DNA of 55,501 nucleotides. It comes from Bacteroidales bacterium (GTDB lineage Bacteria > Bacteroidota > Bacteroidia > Bacteroidales > UBA1556). Below are positions 26,039 through 34,220 of the stretch, one piece after another. A program made the translations under genes and the position numbers. Position 1 is the stretch's first letter, and each line of letters opens with the position of its first letter. The notes beneath the pieces were generated by a model. It was not told the origin of the DNA and ran no database searches. It saw only the letters and a list, made by a program, of their open reading frames with translations. Location: NCBI GenBank assembly GCA_015493685.1, contig WGCS01000114.1, forward strand, positions 1 to 55,501, given 5' to 3'.

Positions 26039-26888
26039 AAAGATAAATCTAAGAAAAACAAGAACATTTTCCGAATCAATATCGATAACCTTCGATTTGG
26101 TAAAAAACAACTTAGCAATTCTCTTAAAAAGTTTTTTCGCCCTGAGCTTCCCTTTTCTCATTATTGCAATTTTCTTACTAAGCTCTTCTATTATTAACAC
26201 CATTCAACAGGACTCTGGATTTTCTTCATCCCATACAGCATTTAATATTCTAGGATATATATTTATGTCCGTAGGTACCTTTGTGTACCTTCTTGCTATC
26301 AATATTATTTACAAAAAATACGTCCTTAACGACGACCCAAAACAGATTACTGTTGGAGAAGTTTGGACCGAAATCGTCAACCATTTAGGCACCTTTATAG
26401 GAGCCGGATTATTAATTTCTATTCTTATCTTCTTTGGTACTCTTTTTTTATTAATCCCCGGTATATATCTAGCTGTTTCTTTTTCTTTTATATTTTTTAT
26501 TATCACTTTTGAAAATGCAGGCACCAAAACTGCCATAGATAGATGCTTTGCCATTATCAAAAACAATTGGTGGTCAACTTTTGGCTTTTTCTTAATAATA
26601 TTCATTATACAAATGGCTTTAGATTATACACTTGTACTTCCCATTACTTTTATTAATGTGTGGATATTTAAACCTATGTTAACGGCAAATACGGCAAATG
26701 CAACAAATGCACTCTCATTTATTGTTATACTGTTTTATACGCTTCAGATTATGTTCTCTACACTTCTTTCAAGTATTATTGGTGCTGCCATAGTGGTTAA
26801 ATATTTTTCTTTAGTTGAAGAAAAGGAGCACATTGGAATTCGCGAAGAAATTGCAACTATGGATCAGGATACTACCGAAGAAAAATAA
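26019..26888 (+). CDS. Polytopic (about 6 TM) membrane protein with no recognisable domain
   Basis: Long hydrophobic segments. It overlaps the upstream gene by 20 nt (an alternative ATG at 26028 would overlap by 11 nt). Acidic C-terminal tail. Confidence 0.55.
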   Translation: MNSMSSEKINLRKTRTFSESISITFDLVKNNLAILLKSFFALSFPFLIIAIFLLSSSIINTIQQDSGFSSSHTAFNILGYIFMSVGTFVYLLAINIIYKKYVLNDDPKQITVGEVWTEIVNHLGTFIGAGLLISILIFFGTLFLLIPGIYLAVSFSFIFFIITFENAGTKTAIDRCFAIIKNNWWSTFGFFLIIFIIQMALDYTLVLPITFINVWIFKPMLTANTANATNALSFIVILFYTLQIMFSTLLSSIIGAAIVVKYFSLVEEKEHIGIREEIATMDQDTTEEK

Positions 26889-26891
26889 TTA

Positions 26892-27575
26892 ATGTTACGA
26901 AAATTAATTACCCTAAGTTTATTGCTGTTGCTGTTGCCATTAATGGCAACAGCACAAAAGTCGAATATTGAGGCGCCTGTTTCTCACCTATCTAAAAATA
27001 AGTTAGAACGCTACCGTAAGGATTCCCGTTTCTTTTACGTTAACACCAAGGAAAATCAACCGGACTTTTACGACTCTTATGGTAAATTTATTTTAACTCT
27101 ATTAAAAAAAATCTTTGGTAACAGAGCTGCCTTTTTCGTTTTCTCACATCTGGATATTATTATTTTAGTCATTGCACTTATCATCATCTATTTATATTTC
27201 AGAAAGACTCATTTCAATACGCTAAATTTTAAGAATAAAAATATAGATACTTCTATCTTGGCACTACAAGATAAGGATATTCACGAAATAAATTTTGACA
27301 AACTTATTGCGAAAGCACTAAAAGATAAGGATTACAAATTAGCCATTCGCTATCAGTATTTGAATATGCTTAAAAGGCTCAACGAAGCAGAGCTTATTCA
27401 CTGGCAAGCCTACAAAACCAATTTTGATTATTATCTTGAAATAAAACCCCGGGAACTAAAGGAGCATTTCAGGGAACTGTCCATACTCTTTGAATATGTT
27501 TGGTATGGGAAGTCAAGTATTCAACAAGAAGATTACAACGAGATAGAACAAGAATATAAAGACCTTACAATTTGA
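26892..27575 (+). CDS. DUF4129-type protein (signal/TM, second TM, C-terminal helical domain)
   Basis: The C-terminal YKLAIRYQYLNMLKRLNEAELIHWQAYKTNFDY ... LFEYVWYG resembles DUF4129. It follows the upstream gene after 3 nt. Confidence 0.55.
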   Translation: MLRKLITLSLLLLLLPLMATAQKSNIEAPVSHLSKNKLERYRKDSRFFYVNTKENQPDFYDSYGKFILTLLKKIFGNRAAFFVFSHLDIIILVIALIIIYLYFRKTHFNTLNFKNKNIDTSILALQDKDIHEINFDKLIAKALKDKDYKLAIRYQYLNMLKRLNEAELIHWQAYKTNFDYYLEIKPRELKEHFRELSILFEYVWYGKSSIQQEDYNEIEQEYKDLTI

Positions 27576-28759
27576 AAAAAGTAAAACCATATCTGATTCT
27601 TTTGGCCCTGGTTCTTGTTATTTACACCACTGTGCTATGGCTTGCTCCCAGAAGCATCAACTGGAAAATAAGTTTAAACTCAAAAGACACCAGTCCCTAT
27701 GGCACATATATATTGCGTAACTCTTTATCCGATTTATTTCCCAATCAAGAGATTAAAGAAAACCGCAAGAATTTTTTCTATCTGAATAGGCAAGTCACAA
27801 ACAGCAATAGTAACCTGATAATTATCAACAACAAAGCTTCTTCCGACAAATATAGCATTCGTGAACTCCTTAAATATATCAACAAAGGGAATACTGTTTT
27901 TTATTCTTCACATACAATTAGCTACCCACTACTCGACACCCTGAATATTGCTACCCGCTTTAACTATATTTCGCAATTTTCATCGAAATATATTCCCCTA
28001 AGTATCAAGTGGAAAAACTATACAGCCAAGGATTCTATTCATTATAAATATTCTTTTTACAAACAGTTTGTAAAACTTGATTCCTGTCGTTTTCTCTATA
28101 GGATATTAGGCACAAGCAAGAACAATCAACCAAATTTTATTCAATTTAGAATAGGCCAAGGGCAGTTGTTTCTACATTTGGCACCGCTAGCCTTTAGCAA
28201 TTACAATTTGCTTAAAGAGTATACTACTCGCTATACTGAGGATGTATTCTCAATGCTCCCCCAACAAAGAACCCTCTGGGACAGTTCTATGCTAAGGCAA
28301 AATAAGAAACAGCAATCAGTATTCTATGTTATCTTTAAGCATAAATCATTAAAATACGCCTACTTCCTGCTTCTTTTATTAATTCTCATTTACACCTTAA
28401 GCAATATACGCCGCAAACAACGTATTATTCCTGTTATCAATCCACCGGTAAATTCTTCTCTTAAATTAGTAGAATCGGTATCCCACTTATATACCCATCA
28501 AGCCGATTATAAAGACTTAAGCACAAAAATAATTCGCCATTTCAAAGACTTTTTAAGTAGAAAATACCACCTCTCCAGATTAGAAGCCAGCGATTCTTTT
28601 AGCAATAAACTAGCGGCTAAATCATCAAAGAATCCCGATGAAATCAAAGCATTATTACAACTAATAGCTTTTCATAGCACCTCCAATACCATTAGTTATC
28701 AAGAGCTTATAGCACTTTATAAAGCCATTGAAAATTTCAAGAAACCACTAATAACGTAA
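27572..28759 (+). CDS. DUF4350-type membrane-anchored protein
   Basis: N-terminal TM helix, then DTSPYGTYILRNSLSDLF, which resembles the DUF4350 opening. A second TM helix lies near aa 255-275. The TTG start overlaps the upstream TGA (ATTTGA). Confidence 0.5.
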   Translation: MKKVKPYLILLALVLVIYTTVLWLAPRSINWKISLNSKDTSPYGTYILRNSLSDLFPNQEIKENRKNFFYLNRQVTNSNSNLIIINNKASSDKYSIRELLKYINKGNTVFYSSHTISYPLLDTLNIATRFNYISQFSSKYIPLSIKWKNYTAKDSIHYKYSFYKQFVKLDSCRFLYRILGTSKNNQPNFIQFRIGQGQLFLHLAPLAFSNYNLLKEYTTRYTEDVFSMLPQQRTLWDSSMLRQNKKQQSVFYVIFKHKSLKYAYFLLLLLILIYTLSNIRRKQRIIPVINPPVNSSLKLVESVSHLYTHQADYKDLSTKIIRHFKDFLSRKYHLSRLEASDSFSNKLAAKSSKNPDEIKALLQLIAFHSTSNTISYQELIALYKAIENFKKPLIT

Positions 28760-28763
28760 AACT

Positions 28764-29735
28764 ATGTACGAACCCGAAAACAGAATTAATTTAGAACCCA
28801 TTGCCACCAAAGTAAAGGCCATAAGGGAAGAAATATCGAAATACATCGTAGGTCAAGAGCAAATGATTAGCTTACTACTGGTAGCTTTACTGGCTGATGG
28901 CCATGTACTTATCGAAGGCGTTCCGGGCGTTGCCAAAACCATTACGGCACGCTTGCTGGCCAAATGTATCAATGTGGATTTTAATAGGATACAATTTACT
29001 CCCGATTTGCTTCCTTCCGACATTATTGGAACTTCGATTTACAATACTCAAAAGTCGGCTTTTACCTTTAATAAGGGCCCTCTTTTTAGTAATATTGTCC
29101 TCGCTGACGAAATAAATCGTGCACCGGCAAAAACGCAGGCAGCTCTTTTTGAAGCCATGGAGGAACATCAAATTACTGCTGACGGAATGACGTATCCCTT
29201 AAAATCACCCTTTATGGTGCTGGCAACACAAAATCCCATTGACCTTGAAGGTACTTATCGCCTTCCCGAGGCTCAAATAGATCGTTTTCTCTTTAAAATA
29301 ATCGTTAACTATCCCAGTCTAGACCAAGAAATACAAATTATCACTCAGCATCATCAGCGCAAAGGTAATATCAAGATAGAACAGGTGAATAGCATTATCG
29401 ATAGTCAGGAACTCAACAACTTACGATCATTGGTAAATGATATATATATTGATGAAAAACTGATTCAATACATTGCTAAAATAGTTGAAGGCACGCGCAA
29501 CAATCCAAATTTGTTTTTAGGAGCTTCCCCCCGGGCCTCACTATCAATATTACAAGCTTCAAAGGCTTTTGCTGCTATCAATGGGCGCGATTTTGTTATT
29601 CCCGATGACATTCTGTTTCTTTGCCCTCATATTTTTATTCATCGCATTATCCTAAGCCCGGAAAAGGAAATTGAAGGCATTGAAAATATGGACTATATCA
29701 AGGAAATAATTCAAAAAGTAGAGATCCCCAGATAG
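28764..29735 (+). CDS. MoxR-family AAA+ ATPase
   Basis: Walker A GVPGVAKT, Walker B VLADEINRAP, ATQNPIDLEGTYRLPEAQIDRF and a C-terminal lid with ASPRAS. Confidence 0.92.
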   Translation: MYEPENRINLEPIATKVKAIREEISKYIVGQEQMISLLLVALLADGHVLIEGVPGVAKTITARLLAKCINVDFNRIQFTPDLLPSDIIGTSIYNTQKSAFTFNKGPLFSNIVLADEINRAPAKTQAALFEAMEEHQITADGMTYPLKSPFMVLATQNPIDLEGTYRLPEAQIDRFLFKIIVNYPSLDQEIQIITQHHQRKGNIKIEQVNSIIDSQELNNLRSLVNDIYIDEKLIQYIAKIVEGTRNNPNLFLGASPRASLSILQASKAFAAINGRDFVIPDDILFLCPHIFIHRIILSPEKEIEGIENMDYIKEIIQKVEIPR

Positions 29736-31066
29736 TGAAGTTATTAAAACAAATCGGCTTTGGCAATCGCTTTTATTATAGTGGTATGGGAATAGTATTT
29801 CTTCTTATTCTTGTTACTTTCTATCCTCCATTATTTATATTTACCAATCTGATTTTTATCCTTTGGGTTCTTTTGATATTAATCGATTTTGCTTTATTAT
29901 TTCAAATTAAAAAAGCATTCACTGCCCATCGAAGCTTAGCGCAACGATTTTCCAATGGAGACATTAACAAAATAAGCATTCAAATTCAGAATTTCTATCC
30001 CCATACCATTTATCTGGATATTATTGATGAAATACCAATCCAATTTCAGAAACGTGATTTTATATACCACCGTACTCTTAAATCCAACGAAAGCGCAACA
30101 CTCACCTATCAGCTGCGACCGGTAGAAAGAGGAGAATATATATTTGGGAGCATTCACCTTTTCGCCTCCACTTTTTTGGGCTTAGTTAAGCGCCAATATA
30201 CTATTAAGCAAGATACTTTGGTAAAAGTATATCCCTCTTTTCATCAACTAAAACAAATCGAGCTACTCTCTTTTGCAGCGATGAAGAACCTCCTTGGCCT
30301 AAAAAAAATTCGTCATTTTGGCTATAATAAAGAATTTGAACAAATAAAAGATTATGTAATTGGTGATGAAATCAAACATATCAATTGGAAAGCAACGGCA
30401 CGAAGAAACAAATTGATGATAAATCAATATCAAGATGAGAAATCGCAGCATGTTTATTGCCTAATCGATATGGGGCGGACCATGAAGATGCCGTTTAATT
30501 CCATGAGCTTATTAGACTATTCTATAAATGCAAGTCTGGCATTAAGCCAGGTAATTCTAAAAAACAATGACGAGGCCGGACTTATCACTTACGACAAGAA
30601 AATCCGTTCTGTTGTTGCTGCCGGCAAAAGGAACACACAACTCAATAGAATGATGGAAACACTCTATTACCAGCAAACTAATTTTGATGAATCTACCATG
30701 GAAAACGTATATGCTTATGTGCAAAATAAAATCCGGCAAAGGAGTTTACTTGTGTTTTTTATTAATTTTGAAAGCATTTATAGCCTTAAACGTTATCTTC
30801 CTTTACTGAAAAAACTCAACAAAAATCATCTATTGCTATTGGTTAATTTTAAGAATACTGAAATTGAATCCATTGCCCAACAAGCTGCTGAAAAACTTGA
30901 TGCCATTTACTTAAAAACCATTGCGGAGAACTTCCTTTTTGAAAAGCGGAGTTTTCTAAATGAACTTAGCAAATATGGTATTCATACTCTTTTTGCCGCC
31001 CCTGAAGATATTCATATACAAACTATAAATAAATATCTGGAAATAAAAGCAAGAGGATTAATATAA
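29735..31066 (+). CDS. DUF58 (vWA-like) protein, the usual MoxR partner
   Basis: Two N-terminal TM helices and the signature IKDYVIGDEIKHINWKATARRNKLMINQYQDEKSQ. The GTG start shares one base with the moxR TAG, so the start is less certain than the gene itself. Confidence 0.8.
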   Translation: MKLLKQIGFGNRFYYSGMGIVFLLILVTFYPPLFIFTNLIFILWVLLILIDFALLFQIKKAFTAHRSLAQRFSNGDINKISIQIQNFYPHTIYLDIIDEIPIQFQKRDFIYHRTLKSNESATLTYQLRPVERGEYIFGSIHLFASTFLGLVKRQYTIKQDTLVKVYPSFHQLKQIELLSFAAMKNLLGLKKIRHFGYNKEFEQIKDYVIGDEIKHINWKATARRNKLMINQYQDEKSQHVYCLIDMGRTMKMPFNSMSLLDYSINASLALSQVILKNNDEAGLITYDKKIRSVVAAGKRNTQLNRMMETLYYQQTNFDESTMENVYAYVQNKIRQRSLLVFFINFESIYSLKRYLPLLKKLNKNHLLLLVNFKNTEIESIAQQAAEKLDAIYLKTIAENFLFEKRSFLNELSKYGIHTLFAAPEDIHIQTINKYLEIKARGLI

Positions 31067-31106
31067 GATTTTGCTTGAGCTAAGTGAGAACACTTTATTA
31101 CAAACA

Positions 31107-31139
31107 ACAAATGCTAAGTGAGAAATACTTAGCATTTGT
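31107..31139. terminator. Bidirectional intrinsic terminator between convergent genes
   Basis: acaaatgctaagt / gagaaat / acttagcatttgt forms a 13-14 bp perfect stem. T-rich runs flank it on both strands. Confidence 0.65.
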
Positions 31140-31180
31140 TTATAGATAACAGCAGTAAAAATCGCTGGGTTCAACTCTTT

Positions 31181-31624
31181 TTATTGCTTTAGATACAGCA
31201 AGTGATTCCCTACACCATGTGATATTATTACAGAATCACCAACTGCATTAAAACCTTTAAATTCAAAATTTAAATCCACTTGGCTATCACTTACTTTTGT
31301 AACATTAATACTTCCCGAAGTCCCCAAATAAATATTCATGGAATTATCGTGAGTGTAAGTAGCAAAGTTGTTCTTATTATCGATGACAAAACTACCAAGC
31401 TTTAACTCCTTTAATGTTAACATCACCATTATGGAATCCTCATAGGCAGTATATACAATACCTGTATCACTCTTTGAGCCAATAACACTATGCGTTGACC
31501 AATTAACAGCATTCACATCACAGCTGAATGTGGGGGTTAGTTTTTCAATCGCTTTTTTACAACTTGTCGTCGATACTAGCAATCCAGCAAAGCCTAAAAC
31601 TAATAAAAAAAATAATTTCTTCAT
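31181..31624 (-). CDS. Small lipoprotein, function unknown
   Basis: Signal peptide with lipobox LLVSTTSC. The body is beta-rich. Confidence 0.6.
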   Translation of the reverse strand: MKKLFFLLVLGFAGLLVSTTSCKKAIEKLTPTFSCDVNAVNWSTHSVIGSKSDTGIVYTAYEDSIMVMLTLKELKLGSFVIDNKNNFATYTHDNSMNIYLGTSGSINVTKVSDSQVDLNFEFKGFNAVGDSVIISHGVGNHLLYLKQ

Positions 31625-32079
31625 TTTTCGATAAATTTAATTAAACTAAAGCATAACATTACTTTAGCTTAATGTGATTAATATTATTTTGTGTTTAGGC
31701 TTGCAATATTAAATAATATTAGTCCTATTGGCTCAAAGACACCTCCCAAATTATCAACTTCAAATCCTTAATAACTTAATACTCTCCGAAAATGATTAAT
31801 TTTTTCTCACAAATAATTGCAACTATTGGTATGGCTCCAGCATCATTAGCGAAACTATTTAGGGTCTGCCGAAAAACACATAAAATAGTAATCTATAGCT
31901 GTTTATGAATATATTTCACATAATAAATGCAAGGTTTCCGAGCATAATAGTATAAAATCTGTGCAATTATTAAAGCTTGTAAAAGCAGCTTTTTTACTTG
32001 GAACTTTTCCTTGGCGTTCCAGGCTTAAATTATACTAAGAAGTAGGAAGAAAAGGCAATGCTTAGAGGCTGATTCAGCC

Positions 32080-32580
32080 CTATATTTTGCTTGCAGTAAT
32101 AATTTTATTCTCAATGGCCGAGGTAGAAAATCCTTCTAGAAAGTCTAGAGTTTCCACCCTTCCACCATGATTTATCACCACTTTGTAACCCACAATATCC
32201 TTAGCCTTATAGTCGCTTCCCTTTACAAGAACATCAGGTATCACACTACTTATCAGGTTGATAGGAGTAGCTTCATCAAAAAGAATAACAGCATCAACAA
32301 ATTCCATGGCTGCCAATATTGTCAAGCGTGAATATTCATCCTGAATGGGACGATGAACACCTTTCAGTGCACTTACCGACCTATCGGTATTAACACCAAT
32401 AATTAATTTAGTTCCTAAATCGGCAGCTTTGGAAAGATAATCGATATGTCCACGATGAATAATATCGAAACATCCATTGGTAAAAACAATACTTTCCTCA
32501 TTTTCTTTCCATTGAACGATAAGCGTGGCAAGTTGTGAGTTATTAATTATTTTAGACCTTACTTTCTGATGGTGTGTCAT
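32080..32580 (-). CDS. Stand-alone RfaE-domain-II-like cytidylyltransferase (heptose-1-phosphate adenylyltransferase family)
   Basis: FTNGCFDIIHRGHIDYL nucleotidyltransferase motif, 166 aa, no kinase domain. It overlaps the upstream gene by 29 nt. Confidence 0.75.
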   Translation of the reverse strand: MTHHQKVRSKIINNSQLATLIVQWKENEESIVFTNGCFDIIHRGHIDYLSKAADLGTKLIIGVNTDRSVSALKGVHRPIQDEYSRLTILAAMEFVDAVILFDEATPINLISSVIPDVLVKGSDYKAKDIVGYKVVINHGGRVETLDFLEGFSTSAIENKIITASKI

Positions 32581-33589
32581 AGGTTTTCTTTTTTCTTAAG
32601 CTCAATATAATTAAGGATGCAGCACCAAGGACTATAATCATCAGGGTCTGTGCTCCCCAAGTAATCCAACCAATAGCATCGCCATATCCCGACTCTTTAC
32701 TAATTCCATATAATACTAAAGTTTGGGCCACAATAACAGGATAAAGACCAATACCACCGGGCGTAATCATTATACCAATAGAACCTAGTACCAAAACCGT
32801 TAAAGCTGCGCTTATTCCCAAAGAACTGGTTTGTGGTAAGCTAAACAGACAGGTATATATCATTAAATAATACAGCAACCATATCAGTAAGGAATAAACC
32901 ACAAAAAGTCCCGGACGCTTAATTTTAGCAATACTTTTTAGGCCTTCCCATATCCCCAATAACACCTTCTTTGTTTTTTTATAAATACTACTTCTCCTAA
33001 TTTTCTTACGAAAGATAAAATAAACCAGTGCAAGCAGTACTATCGATAGCAACAATAACTTACCAAAAAGCATATTTGTAGATAGAAAGGCAAACTTACT
33101 ATTAATGGCCGGATAAATATGAGTTTTAACATACTCATTTAGCCTCCCATACTCCACAAACAAGGTAATGAAAAACAAAGAAAAGAAAACCACCATATCA
33201 ATGGATCGCTCAATAATTACAGTACCGAAACTCTTATCTACAGGAATAGACTCCTCTTTATACAAAACGCTACATCGAGCCACTTCGCCGGAACGAGGAA
33301 CTCCAAGATTGGCAAAATAACCAACCATTACTGCTAGAAAGTTACTTTTCAGGCTGGGGGAATAACCCATAGGTTGAAGTAATATTTTCCATCGAGCAGC
33401 TCGAACTATATGACTTAAAATACCCAGTGCAATAGAAAAAAACACCCACCAATAATTGGCAATCTTAAAACTATGAATAATATCCTGTTTTGCCTCCGGG
33501 CTGAGGTCTTTAAGTGATAAATAGACAATAAATATTCCCAAGCCAAGTGCTGAAAATAATTTAACTACAGAAATAAGTTTCTTTTTCAA
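32552..33589 (-). CDS. UPF0104 / LPG-synthase-TM (flippase-like) family membrane protein
   Basis: 8-TM protein with the family-typical RAARWKILL and GEVARCS motifs. Confidence 0.65.
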   Translation of the reverse strand: MKKKLISVVKLFSALGLGIFIVYLSLKDLSPEAKQDIIHSFKIANYWWVFFSIALGILSHIVRAARWKILLQPMGYSPSLKSNFLAVMVGYFANLGVPRSGEVARCSVLYKEESIPVDKSFGTVIIERSIDMVVFFSLFFITLFVEYGRLNEYVKTHIYPAINSKFAFLSTNMLFGKLLLLSIVLLALVYFIFRKKIRRSSIYKKTKKVLLGIWEGLKSIAKIKRPGLFVVYSLLIWLLYYLMIYTCLFSLPQTSSLGISAALTVLVLGSIGIMITPGGIGLYPVIVAQTLVLYGISKESGYGDAIGWITWGAQTLMIIVLGAASLIILSLRKKKTYDTPSESKV

Positions 33590-33594
33590 AATTA

Positions 33595-33939
33595 TCAGGG
33601 TTTATTGCCTTCCGATGGAAATAGAATTGCCGGTTGATGCTGTTTTGCTTCATTAAAATCCATCTGAGCATAAGAGACAATAATTAAAAAATCATCTACT
33701 TGTACCTTTCGGGCAGCTGCTCCATTAACACCAATAACACCACTTCCACGCTCTCCCTTTATCACATAAGTGTCGAAACGTTCTCCATTATTGATATCGA
33801 AAATAAACACCCGCTCATTCTCAATAATATCCACAGCGTCCATTAAGTCTTCATCAATGGTGATACTTCCTATATAGTTAAGATCAGCTTGTGTTACCTT
33901 AACTCTGTGAATTTTCGATTTTAATACTTCTATTTGCAT
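33595..33939 (-). CDS. panD: Aspartate 1-decarboxylase proenzyme
   Basis: [29 protein letters not shown] contains the G-S self-cleavage site. Confidence 0.95.
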   Translation of the reverse strand: MQIEVLKSKIHRVKVTQADLNYIGSITIDEDLMDAVDIIENERVFIFDINNGERFDTYVIKGERGSGVIGVNGAAARKVQVDDFLIIVSYAQMDFNEAKQHQPAILFPSEGNKP

Positions 33940-34220
33940 AAGATTGCAAAATTACTAATTATCTTATTCATAAGGTGATTTTTTTTTATTTCTTTTCGCT
34001 AAACAAAACACATCAAATATGGCCTAAAAAAGCTAACAATAAAGCATCTTCTACCTATCCCCTACAGAAAAAAATCGTACATTGATAATGCTACATACTC
34101 TTAGCCTATAAATAGGACCCGCTGAAAAGGCCTTAAAAGTATAGATTTTTTTTACTAACTTACGGCCTTGTTTTAAGTTTTTCTTAAAAGCGAATATACG
34201 TATTTTAACCTATTGATACT

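Noticed and set aside
24347-31066. Possibility that the MoxR cluster is the Bacteroides aerotolerance (Bat) operon.
   Set aside because: The Bat operon is MoxR-DUF58 followed by vWA (BatA/B) and TPR (BatC/E) proteins. None of those is present here, and the partners are RDD, SpoIIM-like, DUF4129 and DUF4350 types instead.
31077-31128. Direct repeat GCTAAGTGAGAA at about 31077 and 31113, after the DUF58 gene.
   Set aside because: The second copy is simply part of the terminator stem-loop. There is no evidence for a mobile-element end or an att site.
31792-31908. 38-codon ORF (MINFFSQIIATIGMAPASLAKLFRVCRKTHKIVIYSCL) in the 455-bp gap, with a vaguely HTH-like middle.
   Set aside because: It is too short, has no recognisable family or ribosome-binding context, and lies opposite to the flanking genes. 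I cannot distinguish it from chance.
33940-34220. Looked for a cobalamin riboswitch upstream of the B12-dependent icmF.
   Set aside because: There is no B12-box (GCCACUG-like) or surrounding conserved stems. The region is simply AT-rich with T-runs.
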